Both the position numbers and the translations under genes were made by a program. Of a DNA stretch of 64,000 bases, positions 25,858-39,624 are shown one piece after another. The number at the start of each line of letters is the position of its first letter. Within the stretch, counting starts at the first letter, position 1. The DNA lies in assembly GCA_964016885.1 (NCBI GenBank), contig OZ024741.1:111662001-111726000 (forward strand), written 5' to 3'. Below the pieces are notes generated by a model. That model saw only the letters and a program-made list of their open reading frames with translations. It was not told the DNA's origin and searched no databases. This DNA is from Eledone cirrhosa (taxonomy: Eukaryota).

Positions 25858-28800
25858 ATGACCTCACTCAGAATAGGCAGCATAAATGCGCGTGGCTTGG
25901 GGTCGTCATGGAAGCAGGGTCACCTGCTCAACGACCTCAGGTCACTAAACATAGATGTAGTGGCCATCAGCGAGACCAGAATCCTCGAAGCACGAGCCTT
26001 CGCACCGATCTTCGGCGGCTACGATGGGTACGCATCTCCCAGCCGTCCTGGATCGGGGGGAGGAGTTGCTGTGCTTTTTCGGAGAGGTTTGTATCTCGCC
26101 ATACGGGCAATCTTCCTGGACCCAGAGCGTAAGTTGGTGGTGCTGGACGTGACCAGCGGAGACGGGCAAGCTTTCAGGCTAGTGGCCGTCTATGCCCTGA
26201 CAGGAGCAGGGCGGCCTGATTTCTTCCGGCGTCTGGAGACCTTTCTTGGAACGTCCCGCTCTTTAATGTTAGTGGGCGACTGGAACGGGATCTTAGATGC
26301 ACGATGGGACTGTGTGGGATTAGCGGATAGGGGTGGAGGGTGCAAGAGCCTCACCAACCTGCTCAGGCGTTTTGAACTGTCTGACAGGTACCGATTGGAT
26401 TTTCCGAATGTGCTAATGTGGATTTGGACAAATCGCATAGGGTCATCCAGATCACATCTAGATAGAGTATTTTGTAGGGAAATAGATAGGTCTAGCATAG
26501 GCTGTCCACAATTCAAGATAGTCAGCTACACGGACCACAAATTCGTGATCTGTGTGCTTGACTTAGATAGGCTTCATAGACGAGGACCCGGCTACTGGAA
26601 GCTAAACGCGTCCTTACCAGCGCGCAAGGCCTACAGAGACCAGATTAGTGAACTAGTTAAGCGGGCGTTGACGGGGGCCATCGTCAACAACAAGTGGTGG
26701 TTTGCTCTGAAAAGAGCGATTAGAATAGAATCGATTAGTTTTAGTAAGGCTTTAGCAATAGAGAAAAATAGAGCAGAGGGAGAACTAGTTAGAAAATTAG
26801 ACGAGGCGCTTAGCAAAGGCATTGCGACCGACGTGCTTGCGGCGAAATTGGCCCTTGACCAATTCTTCAATGCAAAGCACGAAGGCTGCGTTGTCAGAGC
26901 TAGGGTGCGTGCTCTCAGACACGAGGGGACGAAAGCCGTTCAATGGGCCCGAGTGGCGGAGGCGCGTCGTGGCAACAAAGCCACGATCCGGTCTTTGGTG
27001 GACCACGACGGGCGCATGCTACTCGATCCCGGGCAAATGTGTGAAGCTTTTCAGCGACACTTCGCTCAGCTGTTCGGGGGCAGCGGTGGGCCGGGTCGAG
27101 GGATGGACTTTAGTGTCTACCTCGACGGACTGCCGCGGCTTTCGGCCACTGAGGCGGAGTGTTGCGAAAAGCCCATAACAGCCGCTGAAGTAAGGGAGGC
27201 AATGACTGGCTGCTCAAGGGGTAAATCGCCTGGTTTGGATGGTCTTCCCTATGAACTTTACGTACAGATGCCAGACTTATTTGGAGGCCTCTTGGCGGAC
27301 GTCTACTGCAACTGGAAACAGAACGGGAGAATTCCCAGTTCTGTGAGCCGAGGAGCGGTGGAACTGCTGAGAAACGATCCGAACAAGGGGGATAACATAG
27401 ATAATTTCCGGCCCACGACTCTGCCACAGAGTTCAAGATTTTGGCCAAGGTGCTAGCAAAGAGGTTGGCGCTTGTCGTTGGTGGTCTGGTGGGAGAGGCG
27501 CAGGCATGCGCCATTTCCGACAGATCCATCCACGACAACCTGCACCTCATGCGATACATCGTAGAGAGGGTAGCTAGGGAACCTGGCACGGGTGGGTCCT
27601 TGATCAATTTAGATCAGTCGAAAGCTTTCGATAAGGTCGACCATCGTTACCTAGCGGCAGTCCTGAGGGCGGCTGGCTTTGGGCCCATCTTCAGAGGCTG
27701 GATCGCTGCCATGCACAGCGACATCTGCTCTGTGGTGAGAGTGAACGGTCACCTGTCGGAACCGTTCAACATCATGCGCTCGGTCCGCCAAGGATGTCCC
27801 CTCTCGTCCCTCTTGTACGTATTGACTCTCGAGCCATTACTGCACAAACTGGAGACGTTGAGGGGCGTCCCGCGCGAAATAGGATGCGGAAGATCCGTGT
27901 CAGCATATGCGGACGATGTCACCGTAGTGGTGTCGAACGCCAAACACATCGAGGCGATCGGCACTACACTAAGAGAATACGAAGCGGTGACAGGAGCAAT
28001 GATCAACCAGGAAAAGTCAGTGGGCCTGCAGCTCGGCACCTGGAGAGGCAGGTCCATGCCGTCCAACAGCGTCGTCGGACGCTGGACGGACGGACCGGTT
28101 AAATTGCTAGGCGTCTGGTTCGGTCCGGACCTCCAGACGGACAAAAACTGGGACGAGGTGACGAGCAGGGTGGCTTCTCTCATCCAGAAATGGGCGGAGA
28201 GGAAGCTGTCCCTGAAAGGTCGAGCGGAGGTGGATAACGCGTACATCGCGTCTGTCATCTGCTACCGCCTGACCGTCGTACCTTGTCCTAAGCCCCGCCA
28301 GACTGCTCTGGAGCGTTTGCTCTTTCGCTTTTTGTGGAAGGGACGCGCTCCGATGGTCAGGCGGTCCATCTGTTGTCAACCATCGCTACGTGGAGGGCTG
28401 GGCATGCCGTGGCTGATGATGCGCAGACACGCGCTCAGGCTACGACATCTCCACCTCTTCCTCGACGGTGATCAGGTGTGGTCGCCGTTTGCTAGACACA
28501 TATTTCCCCAGCTCGTTTCCTTGACCGAGCTGCAGTCCTGGGTCAAGCGAAGACCGAAAGGGAGCGCCTGGAGACTGGAATGTCTTCAGGCGCTCACAGC
28601 CCTCGACCAATCGGGCAATGTGATCGGTGGAAACTCCACCTCGGCGTTCTATAGAGGATTAGTGGAGGGGAAGAGCGGCGACGTACTTGGAGAAACTCTA
28701 GGCGTCGACGAAAATCAACTAGCCAATCTCTTCGGAAGAACTTTCGGGCCGGGGCCTCTGGACAACTTCCAGAAATCTCTGGCCTGGCAGTGCTACCGAG

Positions 28801-29272
28801 GAGCCTTGCCAGTTCGAGATAAACTCTACAGGCATGGAGGTGCCATCAGCCTGGCATGTCCGAAATGCGCGCAGGGCGACGAAAACGTCCTGCACGCACT
28901 CGTCCAGTGTCCGAAAATTGCTGACTTGTGGGTTTATGTCGAACACCTGCTGTCGCGTGTAGGACGGATCCGGCTATCATCTGAGTCCATCGTGAGGATT
29001 GCCCCGCCCTCTTCCTTTAGCCGGGAGGGCAGGCAGTTTTTATCTGTCTGGTGGCCATGGCGAAAGAGATAGTATGGTGGACACGTTTGAAAGGGCTGAA
29101 GACGAGCACTTACCTCTTTGGTGATGCCCTGCTTGACATTTTCAAATTTCATTTGAAAAGGAAAATCAGAGTAGAGAGGGAAGTGCTCTCTTCCCAGCAT
29201 TTTGTTGAAAGATGGGTGAGAGAAGGAAGAATGGCCCGAGTGAATGGGCCTACTCTGAGTATGTATCTGTAA
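25858..29272 (+). pseudogene. Tx1 ORF2 (APE-RT-zinc finger) with two frameshifts (~27430, ~29030)
   Basis: 532-aa, 543-aa and 73-aa frames; QGCPLS, AYADD, CPKC...H...C. Confidence 0.92.
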
Positions 29273-29520
29273 ATTAAAGGTGGAAAACTGGGAGAGGGCA
29301 CTTGCTTTGGTGGTCAGGGTCACTGTGGCCTTTTACTGGGCTTTCTCCACAAATGTCCCTCCGAAGTCTCCCCCCTATTGGGGAATTTTTCATTGTTATT
29401 TTTTGTTACATCCTCTGTTTTTGTTTTTTACACGCAGAAATGCCCATTTGTACAGTCCTGTATTGTCCTGCACTGTCCTTAATGTCTACTTTATGTAAAC
29501 CCTTGTGGTTAATAAAGAAA

Positions 29521-29560
<40 letters not shown>

Positions 29561-30351
29561 CTCTTCGGAAGAACTTTCGGGCCGGGGCCTATGGACTACT
29601 TCCAGAAATCCTTGGCCTGGCAGTGCTACCGATGAGCTTTGCCACTTCGGGATAAACTCTACAGGTATGGAGGTGCCGTCAGCCAGGCATGTCCGAGATG
29701 CGCGCAGGGCGACGAAACCGTCCTGCACGCACTCGTCCAGTGTCCGAGCATTGCTGACTTGTGGGTTTATGTCGAACACCTGCTGTCGCGTGTAGGACGG
29801 ATCCAGCTATCAGCTGAGTCCATCGTGAGGATTGCCCCGCCCTCTTCTTTTCGCCGGGAAGGGCAGGCAGTTTTTATCTGTCTGGTGGCCATGGCGAAAG
29901 AGATAGTATGGTGGACACGTTTCAAAGGGCTGAAGACGAGCACTTACCTCTTCGGTGATGCGCTGATTAACTTTTTCAAATTTCATTTGAAAAGGAAAAT
30001 CAGGGTAGAGAGGGAAGTGCTCTCTTCCCATCATTTTATTGAAAAATGGATGAGAGAGGCAACAATGGCCCGAGTGAATGGGCCTACTCTGAGTATGTGT
30101 CTGTAAATTAAAGGTGGAAAACTGGGAGGGGGCACCTGCCCTGGTAGTCAGGGTCACTGTGGCTTTTTAATGGGCTTTCTCCACGAATGTCCCTCGGAAG
30201 TCTCCCCCGTATTGGGGAATTTTTCATTGTTATTTTTTCGTTTCATCCTGTTTTTTTTTTACTCGCAGAAATGCCCTTTTGTACCGTCCTGTATTGTCCT
30301 GTACTGTCATTAATGTCTACTTTATGTAAACCCTTGTGGTTAATAAAGAAA
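29561..30351 (+). mobile_element. Tx1 subfamily B, 5'-truncated 3' fragment
   Basis: Highly similar to 28728-29520; flanked by (ATT)n. Confidence 0.92.
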
Positions 30352-30367
30352 GCATTATTATTATTAT

Positions 30368-30528
30368 AGAGGGTGAGACGCCATGCTTTCCAGCATAGTT
30401 ACGTCCCTTTACGATCTGAGTTCAAATCCCGCCGAGGTTGACTTTGCCTTTCATCCTTACGGGGTCGATAAAATTAAGTACCAGTAATGCACTGAGTAAT
30501 TGCTGGCCTTGTGCCAAAAGTAGAAACA

Positions 30529-30530
<2 letters not shown>
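30368..30530 (+). mobile_element. SINE family A with (ATT)n tail
   Basis: Family consensus. Confidence 0.9.
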
Positions 30531-30589
<59 letters not shown>

Positions 30590-31060
30590 GTAGTAGTAGT
30601 AGGGTGGTGAATATATAGAATCCTTATGCATCAGATGAAATGCATTGCAGTTTCAACTATCACGGAAGCCAACTTTGTCTGTCATTCTTCAGGGGTCGAT
30701 GAAATAAAGTACACATAAATTTCTGGAATCGATAAAATCTTTAAATATTTTTACATTTGAATGTCAAGAGTAAATAAAAAATAAAAATCAATAAGAATAC
30801 TAGAAATGAAAAGGTCATGGAGTTGCATATCACTCGGAAATATGGGTTAAAATGTTGTCAAATGCATCACCGGCAGGTCAACCAAATAATTGACACCACA
30901 TCAGCTCATGTCTAATTTACTTTGAAGAAAATGTCGTGCTGCTGGTCTGTTGAATTATTTCAAAGACATTCGTCGCCGTTTTTGTTGATGTTTGTATTGA
31001 AAGAACGTATACGATATTCAGTAGGCGGTATTGACGATCATATTTATGAATTTTAGCCCA

Positions 31061-31091
31061 CGGCCTTTTGGTTAAGATCAAAGTGTAATAT
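31061..31091 (+). pseudogene. U2 snRNA 5' fragment
   Basis: cggccttttggttaagatcaaagtgtaatat compared with U2 CGGCCTTTTGGCTAAGATCAA(A)GTGTAGTAT. Confidence 0.65.
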
Positions 31092-31257
31092 TTTAGTATT
31101 TAATACAAAATACAGTCTTTCGGTAAATCATTTATCTTTGACGTTATCCGACATTTGAACGGATGCATTATTTCTCATAATTAATAAAACTGTCATCATG
31201 TTTGACCAAGGGAGTATATTAGTACACACGCACGCACCCACCCACACAGATATTGTG

Positions 31258-31290
<33 letters not shown>

Positions 31291-31331
31291 ATTCAAATAT
31301 TAATAAAATAGATGTTCTTGTGATCAATTAA

Positions 31332-31397
31332 ATTTTATTATACATATTTCTGAGGTACGTGAATCAGGTTCAACAGTACGTCCTCATCAGATAAAAT
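31332..31397 (-). ncRNA. Hammerhead motif (left arm)
   Basis: Reverse complement of 37513-37578. Confidence 0.6.
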
Positions 31398-32082
31398 AAA
31401 ATGATACATGACATACCCTGAGATGTTAGATGGTTAAGATTTAATCAAGGTAGTGATTAACTTATGAGAAAACTCAACATTTATACCCTAATAATGAGAA
31501 CATGCGAAAACGTAATAGAATCAATAGAGAAGGTACGAGTAAGAAAAACATTGCTTTAATAGAGTTATAGAGTTTTTAAAATTTGGGTGACTACAATTAA
31601 GATTATAGAGGAAGACGTCTCTGGAGATATAATTTTCTAAGTTTTTGGCTTGAGAAAGGAACTGATAGATAGTTAAAGAGAGGGAGAGATAAATGGGAGT
31701 AATTTATGCAAAAACTTTCATCGGACACATATAGACTTAGCGGTTAAATTTCAAAATATTTAATTTATGTTATTTTACGGTGAAGAATCAAAATTTTAGG
31801 TTTTAAAAGTTGATGGTTATTTTTATAAATTTTATAAATGTGTTACATTTCTAAAATTTGAAGTTTTATGAAAACAAAGTTAAAGGATTTACTAAGCCCG
31901 CGAAAAAAAATCTATACTGTTCAATATTCACATAAAGGTAATCTTTACCAAAATTACTTGTAACAGTGTCAGCATTATCGGTATGTATAATTTATGAAGT
32001 ACTTACTGTTATAAATATCGGGGAATTTATTGTTAAATAGATATATTGTCTAAAGTATAATAAATAACGCAGAGTTTTCAGC

Positions 32083-32121
<39 letters not shown>

Positions 32122-32879
32122 ATGTGTGTGTGTGTGTGCATTTATCATAATAAGATGACTATAAATTATTATTTATTATATTATATTAAATCATTATATT
32201 AGTCTTCAAGGGAAGAACGAACTCTAAATAATGATTATGTTATTGTACAATATACATATATTTGCACAAACTATATATAGCGTTATACAGAACAATAATT
32301 ATGATTATGTTATTATACATTATAAACATAAATGCACAAAACTATATACAGAGAAGTACCTAACTATAATTATGAATTATATTATTATACGATAAAAACA
32401 TATTTACAAAAACTACATGTAGAGAGATATACTAAGTATTAATGAGACAGTATACTTTTGGTAAAGGATAACTATTATAATCTTAGAAAATAGATTCATA
32501 CATGCATAACTATAAAATAAAATATATAACAAAAAAAAATGTAAACGCGTGAATGATCAACAGTTCAAAATAAGGTCCATAAAAATTTACAGGTTAGATA
32601 TTTAAACTGTATTTAAAACAGAGATATAAAAATAAAGATAGAGATATAAACGTCTGGATCAAAGTTAATAATATCCAAAAAGCCATATGTTATGTATATC
32701 AACGTGCCAGCATGTTATTAAACAAATGTCATTCATTCAAACGTTATTTCCTTTTTAGATGGTTAGAAGATAAAGCAATATTAAAGTTTTATAAGCCATT
32801 AAGATTTATATTTTCAACAGTTGATGATGTACGTCTAAAATCCAGGCTTAGTTGCTTACTGTTTTTTCCTGGTCTTATG

Positions 32880-34080
32880 CTAGGCTTGGAATGTAGACAA
32901 GGCTTTATGAAGGCAGTTTGAGAATAATTCACTTTTTTTGTTAATTAAGTTCTCATAATTATTAATAATCAAAAGGGTCTCCATTGTACAAAGCGCACAG
33001 TTACTTGATATACTTGAATTGCGGTAAACTCCACTATTACAAAGCTTCGTACAAAAGATGGAGTATTTTAAATTTTTGTCTTTTAATGACCATATAAGCT
33101 GTGATAAAGAAGTCGATGATTTCCTATTAGAATTCGAAAATGAGCATTTATGATTCGCAAATCTAGCCTGAAATGTAGAAGTCGATCCTATGTAGTTGTA
33201 TGTGTTGTGATTTGTTTTTACGGTGCATTTATACACCAAATTACTATCCAAACAATTATTTTGCAGAGAGCAATCAGGTTTATTTCTACAATTACATTTT
33301 GATTTATTATTATTTATGTTAACACTATTATTAAAATCATTATGCTTTAGAATTTTACTGTTTATTTTAGCAATGTTTTGAGCCATATTCATAGTTGTAG
33401 AATAAGATAATTTAATAGTGTGTCTATTAAAAATGGAATGGTATTTATGTTGACTAGGGAAAGAGCTGTCCAAAGCTTTAACGAATAGGCTTGCAATTGG
33501 TGTTTTAACTGCTACTGAAGCAGGGGGGGGGGACCATATAACTGATTTAGTTCTAGTTCTTTTCCTCGATTTGTTCGCCATATGGGTGTTTGAATTATAA
33601 TTAGAATTTCGGTTATATATGCCGTTATTTTTATTTTTATCAGGATTAAAACTTGGATTATTATTATCTACATATTCTATATTATTCTCGTATCCTGCTC
33701 TTTTTAGCGCTTCATTGTAGTATCCTGCATTTACATCAAATATTGCTTTATTGGCTGATATTCTATTAATGCGTTTTTAGAGTAGTAACTAACATAGTTT
33801 AAGTTTTCATTGGGCTTATGAAAAGGGTAATAAAGGCCAGAGTTTAAGTTAAACGTAACATCTAGGAAATTAACTATTTTGGTACCATTTTCTACTTCTA
33901 ACTTAAGGTCGTACATTTTAAAGAATTCAATTATACTTTTCGTTACTCTATTTAGTTCAATATTGTTGTGTTTCACCACCGTAAATAAGATGTCGTCCCT
34001 ATATAAACCACCAGTAATCTCCGGCAGTTTTCTATTCATCATATTTAATATGAAAATTCCCAGATCTGTGATTTGTGCAG
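32880..34080 (-). pseudogene. Penelope-like RT (YRDD) plus GIY-YIG endonuclease, left arm
   Basis: GLYRDD, NFLDVT, CNCRNKPDC, VYKC..YIG..F.ARF.NH, CALC. Confidence 0.9.
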
Positions 34081-34089
34081 AATATAATA

Positions 34090-35914
34090 ACTTGATTTTA
34101 AAGGAACATAGGAAAAATTATAAAAAAGCCCCGGCTGAAGATCTTACAGAAATTAACGAGGATGCTTATAAAGTAATTACCAATTTAGGAATAGAAGGAA
34201 GAATCGAGTCACTTATACCTAGGTAGCCGCGGATTAACTTAAAAGATCACAAAAGAAACATCGAGGAAGATATGCCAGTTAGATTGATTGCTCCATCCAA
34301 ATCGGATATTGGAGTAATCAGTAAAAACATCATCGATAGAATTCTACCTGCTCTTAAATTGAAAAGATACAAATGAAGTCATAGAATGGTACAGAATATA
34401 GATTATAAGAGACAGGTAGAATTCTATCCGATGATGTACTGATAACAAACTATCGATTCTGGCCATGACGCCCAATCCTACTAAATGGAATCTTCTCGAG
34501 TCTTGGATCCTTATAAGTTCATACTGAGTCTAACCACGGTATGGAATTGATTATTCATTACTATCACTAAAGTAACTCTTCTTAACTTCAACAATGAGTA
34601 TTGGACCCGCTCAGGCAGAAATAGAAACTTTGATATTACTATGGGTGCATCCGATTCTGCGCAAATCACAGATCTTCTGGGAATTTTCATATTAAATATG
34701 ATAAATAGAAAACTGCCGGAGATTACCGGTGGTTTATATAGGGACGATATTTTATTTACGGTGGTCAAACACAACAATATTGAACTAAATAGAGTAAAGA
34801 AAATTATAATTGAATTCTTTAAAATGTATGACCTTAAGTTAGAAGTAGAAAATGGTACCAAAATAGTTAATTTCCTAGATGTTACGTTTAACTTAAACTC
34901 TGGCCTTTATTACCCTTTTCATAAGCCCAATGAAAACTTAAACTATGTTAGTTACTACTCTAATGACCCTAAATCTGTAAAAAAAGCAATAGTAAATAGT
35001 GTGCAAAAACGCATTAATAGAATATCAGCCAATAAAGTAATATTTGATGTAAATGCAGGATACTACAATGAAGCGCTAAAAAGAGCAGGATACGAGAATA
35101 ATATAGAATATGTAGATAATAATAATCCAAGTTTTAATCCTGATAAAAATAAAAATAACGGCATATATAACCGAAATTCTAATTATAATTCAAACACCCA
35201 TATGGCGAACAAATCGAGGAAAAAAACTAGAACTAAATCAGTTATATGGTTTGCCCCCCCCTACTTCAGTAGCAGTTAGAACACCAATTGCAAACCTATT
35301 CTTTAAAGCTTTGTACAGCTCTTTCCCTAGTTATTTTTAATAGACACACTATTAAATTATCTTATTCTACAACTATGAATATGGCTCAAAACATTGCTAA
35401 AATAAACAGTAAAATTCTAAAGCATAATGATTTTAATAATAGTGTTAACATAAATAATAATAAATCAAAATGTAATTGTAGAAATAAACCTGATTGCTCT
35501 CTGCAAAATAATTGTTTGGATAGTAATTTGGTGTATAAATGCACCGTAAAAACAGATCACAACACATACAACTACATAGGAACGACTTCTTCTACATTTA
35601 AGGCTAGATTTGCGAATCATAAATGCTCATTTTCGAATTCTAATAGGAAATCATTGACTTCTTTATCACAGCTTATATGGTTATTAAACGACAAAAATTA
35701 AAAATACTCCATCTTTTGGATGAAACTTTGTAATAGTGGAGTTTACCGCAACTCAAGTATATCAAGTAACTGTGCGCTTTGTACAATGGCGACCCTTTTG
35801 ATTATTAATAATTATGAGAACTTAATTAACAAAAAAAGTGAATTATTCTCAAACTGCCTTCATAAAGCCTTGTCTACATTCCAAGCCCCGCATAAGACCA
35901 GGAAAAAACAGTAA
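34090..35914 (+). pseudogene. Penelope-like RT plus GIY-YIG endonuclease, right arm with rearranged N-terminal RT piece
   Basis: LKDHK..P.RLI.PSKSDIG, MGASDSAQI.DL.G, GLYRDD, IWF.PPY, CNCR....C, YIGTT. Confidence 0.92.
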
Positions 35915-36603
35915 GCAACCAAGCCTGGTTTTTAGACGTACAGCATCAACTGTTGAAAATATAAATCTTAATGGCTTATAAAACTTTAATATTGTTTTAT
36001 CTTCTAACCATCTATAAAGGAAATAACGTTTGAGTGAATGACATTTGTTTAATAACATGCTGGCACGTTGATATACATAACATATGGCTTTTTGGATATT
36101 ATTAACTTTGATCCAGACCTTTATTTCTCTATCTTTATTTTTCTATATCTGTTTTAAATATAGTTTAAATATCTAACCTGTAAATTTTTACAGACCTTAT
36201 TTTAAACTGTTGATCATTCACACGTTTACATTTTTTTGTTATATATATATGTATGTATTTTATTTTATAGTTATGCATGTATGAATCTATTTTCTAAGAT
36301 TATAATAGTTATCCTTTACCAAAAGTATACTGTCTCATTAATACTTAGTAGTTTTTGCAAATATGTTTATATCGTATAATAACATAATTCATAATTATAG
36401 TTAGGTACTTCTCTGTATATAGTTTTGTGCATTTATGTTTATAATGTATAATAACATAATCATAATTATTGTTCGGTATAACGCTATATATAGTTTGTGC
36501 AAATATATGTATATTGTACAATAACATAATCATTATTTAGAGTTCGTTCTTCCCTTGAAGGTAGAACTAATATAATGATTTAATATAATATAATAAAGAA
36601 TAA

Positions 36604-36700
36604 TTGTTTCTACGTTAGGCACAAGGCCAGCAATTACTCAGTGTATTACTGTTACTTTAGTTTATCGACCTCGTAAGGATGAAAGGCAAAGTTAATCTCG
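36604..36700 (-). mobile_element. Truncated SINE A, present only in the right arm
   Basis: Absent from the mirrored position (~32170); gaataatt duplicated on both sides. Confidence 0.8.
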
Positions 36701-36724
36701 AATAATTTATAGTCATCTTATTAT

Positions 36725-36805
<81 letters not shown>

Positions 36806-37512
36806 GCTGAAAACTCTGCGTTAATTATTATACTTTAGACAATATATCTATTTAAAAATAAATTCCTCGATATTTATAACAGTAAGTACTTCATAAATTA
36901 TACATACCGAAAATGCTGACACTGTTACAAGTAATTTTGGTAAATAATACCTTTATGTGAATATTGAACAGTATAGATTATTCTTTCGCGGGCTTAGTAA
37001 ATCCTTTAACTTTGTTTTCAGAAAACTTCGAATTTTAGAAATGTAACACATTTATAAAATTTATAAAATTTATGAAATTAATACAAAAAACCATCAACTT
37101 TTAAAACCTAAAATTTTGATTCTTCACCCTAAAATAACATAAATTAAATATTTTGAAATTTAACCGCTAAGTCTATATGTGTCCGATGAAAACTTTTGCA
37201 TAAATTACTCACCTTTATCTCTCTCTCTCTCTTTAATTATCTTTCTCAAGTTGCTTTCTGAAGCCAAAAACTTAAAAAATTATATCTTCAGAGACGTCTT
37301 CTTCTATGATCCTAATTGTACTCACCCAGATTTTAAAAACTCTAAAACTGTTACATTAAAGCAATGTTTTTCTTACTCACACCTATTGATTCTATTACGT
37401 TTTCCCATCTTCTCATTATTAGGGTATAAATGTTGAGTTTTCTCATACGTTAATCACTACCTTGATTAAATCTTAACCATCTAACATCTCAGGGTATGTC
37501 ATGTATCATTTT

Positions 37513-37578
37513 ATTTTATCTGATGAGGACGCACTGTTGAACCTGATTCACGTACCTCTGAAATATGTATAATAAAAT
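37513..37578 (+). ncRNA. Type I hammerhead at the 3' end of the Penelope-like arm
   Basis: attttat-CTGATGA-ggacg...cgtacc.tct-GAAA-tatgta-TA-ataaaat; helix II closure is irregular. Confidence 0.6.
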
Positions 37579-37723
37579 TTAATTGATCACAAGAACATCT
37601 ATTTTATTAATATTTGAATTTAATATTATATTAATAATTCTTTAAAAAATTCTTTACTGTAGAGTGCTTCCAATCTACTGTAAAACTCATTCTTTGATGT
37701 AGTCAGTGAATCTTGTTTAACTC

Positions 37724-37814
<91 letters not shown>

Positions 37815-38352
37815 CATATTCACATATATTTTGTGTAGAGTGTAGTTTAGTCCAGAATATCGAATGTTAGGAGAGTTTCCAACGTGTAGAAAGAGTTTGT
37901 ATTGTATAGATGTGTATTACAAGCATCATTTAGGTACAACTGTGACGCTAGCCGCCGGCTTCAAACAAATTCCAGTTACTCAGTCTATATTAACGCCATT
38001 TTGTGACAGTTGTATCCTTATCATTCAAATGTGAAAGTTTTCCTAAAGAGAAGAAGAAAGAAGAAGAAAAGAAGAAATATAAACAGAGGGAGTTGTAGAT
38101 ATAGTGGATTATGAAGTATACATGAAGATATTCATGGAAAATTATATGTTACTAACTGTTGGAGGCTCAACATGGAAAAAAGTTTTATGAAATAAGTTGG
38201 GTAAGTAGAGAAGGGTTTTATAGAGGGTGGTCTATATATCGGTGGTCAGTGGTCAGTGGGTGGGATTCGTGTTAAGTCAGTTTGAGTAGTTATGTAGCTT
38301 TGTGTATACATATGTATGTGTATGTATGTATGCATGTATATATATATGTATA

Positions 38353-38460
<108 letters not shown>

Positions 38461-39309
38461 GAAGATTAGTAAAATCGAAGCTTTGGCTGTGGCCAAGCAA
38501 AGTCGACCTACAATAGGAATGAGTTAGCAAAGCACTCAATAAGAGTAGGTCGTTAGAGTAATAACATACGTTTAAATAGCTTGACAAATTGAACATTGCA
38601 GTAGGCAAAACACAACCATACAATACAAAAGTAACGAAAGAACTAACAGGTTAAAAAACAGACCTGGACAAATCAAACGATATAAGTCTGAGGTATTTCT
38701 ATGAAATCGAAATCATTTATCCAACTTACGTAACACGCACGCTCGTGGTATTCCATGATCGAACAGAGGATTCATTTCATCAACAGGGATTCCGTACTGC
38801 CTCAAACTGGTGTGAACAAACTAAATGCGACCGCTGCAGAAGGCAGCCTTCAAACACTTCGTTGTCACGTGTTATTTCCAACAAGGGAAGCAGACCCCGG
38901 TTTTTGGCGGGTAAATTCAAAGTCTTAACAAGGGAAATATTACAATTTCCGCTCAAACATTCCGAATAAAAGCTCTCAACCAGATGTTATTAAACAAACA
39001 CAAATAATTAACCAATCAACAGAATTGTCTAATTAAATTAATTAGACAACGTAGGGATGGAAATGTGGTGGCGACTGACGAAAAGAGGGAAGGAATGTCT
39101 GGTGCTTGTGTTTTTTGGTTGAGGTAAGGGAATTGAATAGATGTTTGAGGTGGACAATGCATTGGGCAAGGAAGGATTGGCAAGTGAAGGAGAGAAGGAA
39201 GTACGTTTGGGGGAGGTCTCTATCGAGGGAGAAGACCCGGAAGTACGTAGATTGGAGGAGTAAATGAAACTAAATCAAAACGAAAAAGTCAAGCAGAAGA
39301 GTAAAAGTA

Positions 39310-39352
39310 GTTATAGAGAAGGTCACAGAATTTGTGACGAAAGAGCTTTGAC
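39310..39352 (+). ncRNA. Hammerhead-like motif, A8 variant (degenerate)
   Basis: gtta-TAGAGAA-g-gtcaca(gaatt)tgtgac-GAAA-gagc-TT-tgac. Confidence 0.45.
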
Positions 39353-39575
39353 GTTCAAATGACCATCCAATTATTAAACTAAATGAGAAATGGATTAGTT
39401 ACCTGATTAATAATAAAACGGATGTCGAACTCAAGTAGTGCGTGTGCATATATTGGCAGCACGACCTTCAAGTATAAAAATATATATATATATATATATA
39501 TTCATATGGACTAAAGTAGTCCAGAAATACCAGTCGAAACTGCTTGAGCTATGCCGTCGGGGTCATACTTTTTGG

Positions 39576-39624
<49 letters not shown>

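Larger units (their letters stand above)
23478..29520 (+). mobile_element. Tx1-clade retrotransposon, copy B (distinct subfamily), near intact
   Basis: 5' UTR, ORF1, ORF2 and 3' UTR ending aataaagaaa; (ATT)n on both flanks. Confidence 0.93.
31281..37727. mobile_element. Penelope-like element as a ~6.4-kb inverted duplication
   Basis: 31281-34080 (-) mirrors 34658-37630 (+); each arm has RT, GIY-YIG, a long AT-rich 3' region and a terminal hammerhead; (TA)n flanks. Confidence 0.92.

Noticed and set aside
31281-37727. Large inverted repeats as an assembly or chimeric-read artefact
   Set aside because: The arms differ by substitutions, private deletions and a SINE with TSD; only the perfect 9935-10361 palindrome remains open to this explanation
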